In this document: one piece after another, positions 62,093 through 64,000 of the stretch
Layout: each line of letters starts with the position of its first letter
How positions within the stretch are numbered: the stretch's first letter is position 1
Assembly: GCF_004010195.1 (NCBI RefSeq)
Contig: NC_057719.1
Span: 62,126,079-62,190,078 of the forward strand
Length of the DNA: 64,000 bases
Source of the DNA: Chiloscyllium plagiosum
Taxonomy: Eukaryota
Direction of reading: 5' to 3'
Notes under the pieces: generated by a model
What the model was told of the DNA's origin: nothing
What the model saw: the letters and a program-made list of their open reading frames with translations, nothing else
Database searches by the model: none
Made by a program: the position numbers and the translations under genes

Positions 62093-63146
62093 ATGAAAGG
62101 TGGAACTTCCTTTATTCTTAAACCGGGTTTAGTCCAATAAATACTATTCTCTTGTTTTTAAAACTCAAACATATTTGTATGCCTTTTTTTTAAGTCATTG
62201 CATGTACAGAGTTAAACACTTTGACAAATGTGTTTCTTTTCACAAAGCTGTTGTGGTAAAATGAGGTATGGGAAAAGGTGGAGGCCATCATTCTCTTCTT
62301 CAAATGATAATAAATGCTAAGAACAACAGAATGCCATTCTGTGGCTGTTATTTGTTGAGCAAGAAAACTAAATCCAGGTTGGAATTTCCCTCTTTCCCCT
62401 GCCACGTCAGTTAGTTGCAATTTCCTCCCCCCTCTTCCTTCCTGGAAACATGTTTGGGAGCAGCATGATCTTGTACTGACCCTTTGCCAACATTATTCCG
62501 AGCTGCTTTCCAAGATGCACAATATTGAAACCTGGGGAAGATTTTCTTTCAGTCCTTCTGGCAGCAGTGTCATGGTAACAATAAGTCAAATCTGTTACTG
62601 TTAAATGGGATTCCAGTTTTATTTTCAAACCTGTTGTTTTGGGCGTTGCTTCCTTTCAAGTAGGGCTTCTTAAAGTTTGGTGACAGCAGCAGTATGGTAC
62701 TTTGTGGAGCATTTCAAGACGTGAGTCGCGGTGCCAAGGTTGGTCTACACCTCACTTGTGAGAAGAACGTGACACAGAACAGGATGGCAACATAACCCTT
62801 GTGTCCTATCACTATCAGGCAACCTTTCCAACTCTTGGGGGCAACATCTCTGGAGGTCGATGTCCATATCAAAACCAACAATGGAGCATTAGTCAAACAG
62901 TAACTCTGCTCAATGTGGGAATCCCAACATCATCGGGATGCCTATCATGCTGCAACTCTGTGTCCGCAATCATATCAGATGCATTCTGTGCCAGAGATAC
63001 AGAAGAGAACAGTTGAAATGTCTGGTGAGTTGCACTAGTGTTGCCCAGATCCTAGGCATCACATGGAGAAATAATATCATGAATGAAAAGTGCTACACAG
63101 GACTGTCCAGAGGTCCGTACTGGATATTGGGATAGACAGTTGACGC

Positions 63147-63504
63147 CCTTCCCCCACCTCATCCTAGTTTCTAACCTCCAGCAACACGATCCCCTGACTT
63201 GTCCGGACTTGTCCGACCTGCCCAGCTCCTTTTCCACCTATCCACTCCACCCTCTCCTCCCTGACCTATCACCTTCATCTCCTTCCCCACTGACCTATTG
63301 TACTCTATGCTACTCTATCCCCACCCCCACCCTCCTCGAGCTTATCTCTCCACGCTTCAGGCTCTCTGCCTTTATTCCTGATGAAGGGCTTTTGCCCGAA
63401 ACGTCGATTTTGCCTGTCCTCGGATGCTGCCTGAATTGCTGTGCTCTTCCAGCGCCACTGATCCAGAATCTGGTTTCCAGCATCTGCAGTCATTGTTTTT
63501 ACCT
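63147..63504 (+). mobile_element. Young family A Penelope-derived element with intact hammerhead motif
   Basis: Perfect 9-bp TSD AGTTGACGC at 63138-63146 and 63505-63513. C/T-rich 5' part, CpGs retained. Confidence 0.88.
63374..63409 (+). ncRNA. Minimal type-I hammerhead ribozyme motif (family A)
   Basis: ATTC-CTGATGA-A-GGGC-TTTT-GCCC-GAA-ACGT-C-GATT: perfect 4-bp stem II, palindromic ACGT stem III, predicted cleavage after C63405. Stem I is short and imperfect. Confidence 0.78.
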
Positions 63505-64000
63505 AGTTGACGCTATCTGCATACTCGTATTTCCCGGTTGTACGTGGTGCCTGAGAAGCAGTTGAATAGATGTCAGGAGATGGGGAAAGAAGATGAGGTC
63601 AGCAAAAGGAAGCTTGAAGCAATACATCTGAGGAGGAGCTCTCAGAGCAGGCCACCACCTGGGCTGAGGACAAAGACCAGAGATGGCATCTTGCTTGATG
63701 TTCTGCGCAGGAGCAGAGAAACCACGTCTTAGGTTTAAGTAAATATTCAGCTTTGAGGGTTTCATTTCGTCTTTTTTTTTCCCTTCGAGCTGCAGAGTCG
63801 TTCTACTGGTGGTGAGAGGATCTAGCTGCAGCTGAATCCAAACCTACTGAATAGGATTTACTGCTATGCTGTAACTTTATTGAGAATGGTTAGTACATTG
63901 ACAAAATAGTTTGTTACTGCATTGATGGAATGGGTTTTTTTCTTCAGATGCTAAATTGATGAGCCTTTTTGCTGTTAATACACTGATTAACTGACTTACT

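Larger units (their letters stand above)
62900..63720 (+). mobile_element. Very old RTE-like LINE remnant, interrupted by the family A insertion
   Basis: QILGITWRNNIMNE resembles the RTE ILGI.W.D.V.N motif. Boundaries uncertain. Confidence 0.4.

Noticed and set aside
63083-63565. 160-aa Pro/Leu/Ser-rich ORF
   Set aside because: Runs through the C/T-rich family A insertion and across its TSD boundaries, so it is a by-product of composition.

Overview
Eukaryotic, AT-rich, repeat-dense vertebrate DNA. The HE1-type tRNA-headed SINEs, their CR1/HER1-type LINE partners and DeuSINE remnants point to a cartilaginous fish, probably a shark (inference). I found no intact cellular protein-coding ORF; almost all listed ORFs are spurious or transposon fragments. 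A GC/CpG-rich promoter-like region at ~3.9-4.6 kb is followed by what looks like a very long plus-strand intron of an unidentified gene, with one good internal exon candidate (59121-59227) and a candidate recursive splice site (44109/44110). Mobile elements include CR1 and RTE LINE fragments, a decayed Penelope-like element (RT + GIY-YIG), a Gmr1-type Ty3/gypsy fragment (integrase before RT), a self-nested TA-targeting MITE and an old ~0.9 kb tandem duplication. The main signal is non-coding. The Penelope element and at least three, possibly four, different short repeat families carry minimal type-I hammerhead ribozyme motifs. These share a CTGA(T/A)GA...GAAA core, have family-specific stems II, and have a palindromic stem III (ACGT, AGCT, possibly AAGCTT), the form known to cleave as dimers. 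Two copies have intact cores and perfect target-site duplications, one copy starts exactly at the predicted cleavage site, and many occur as inverted pairs. All calls were made by eye; family names and element edges are approximate and need database confirmation.
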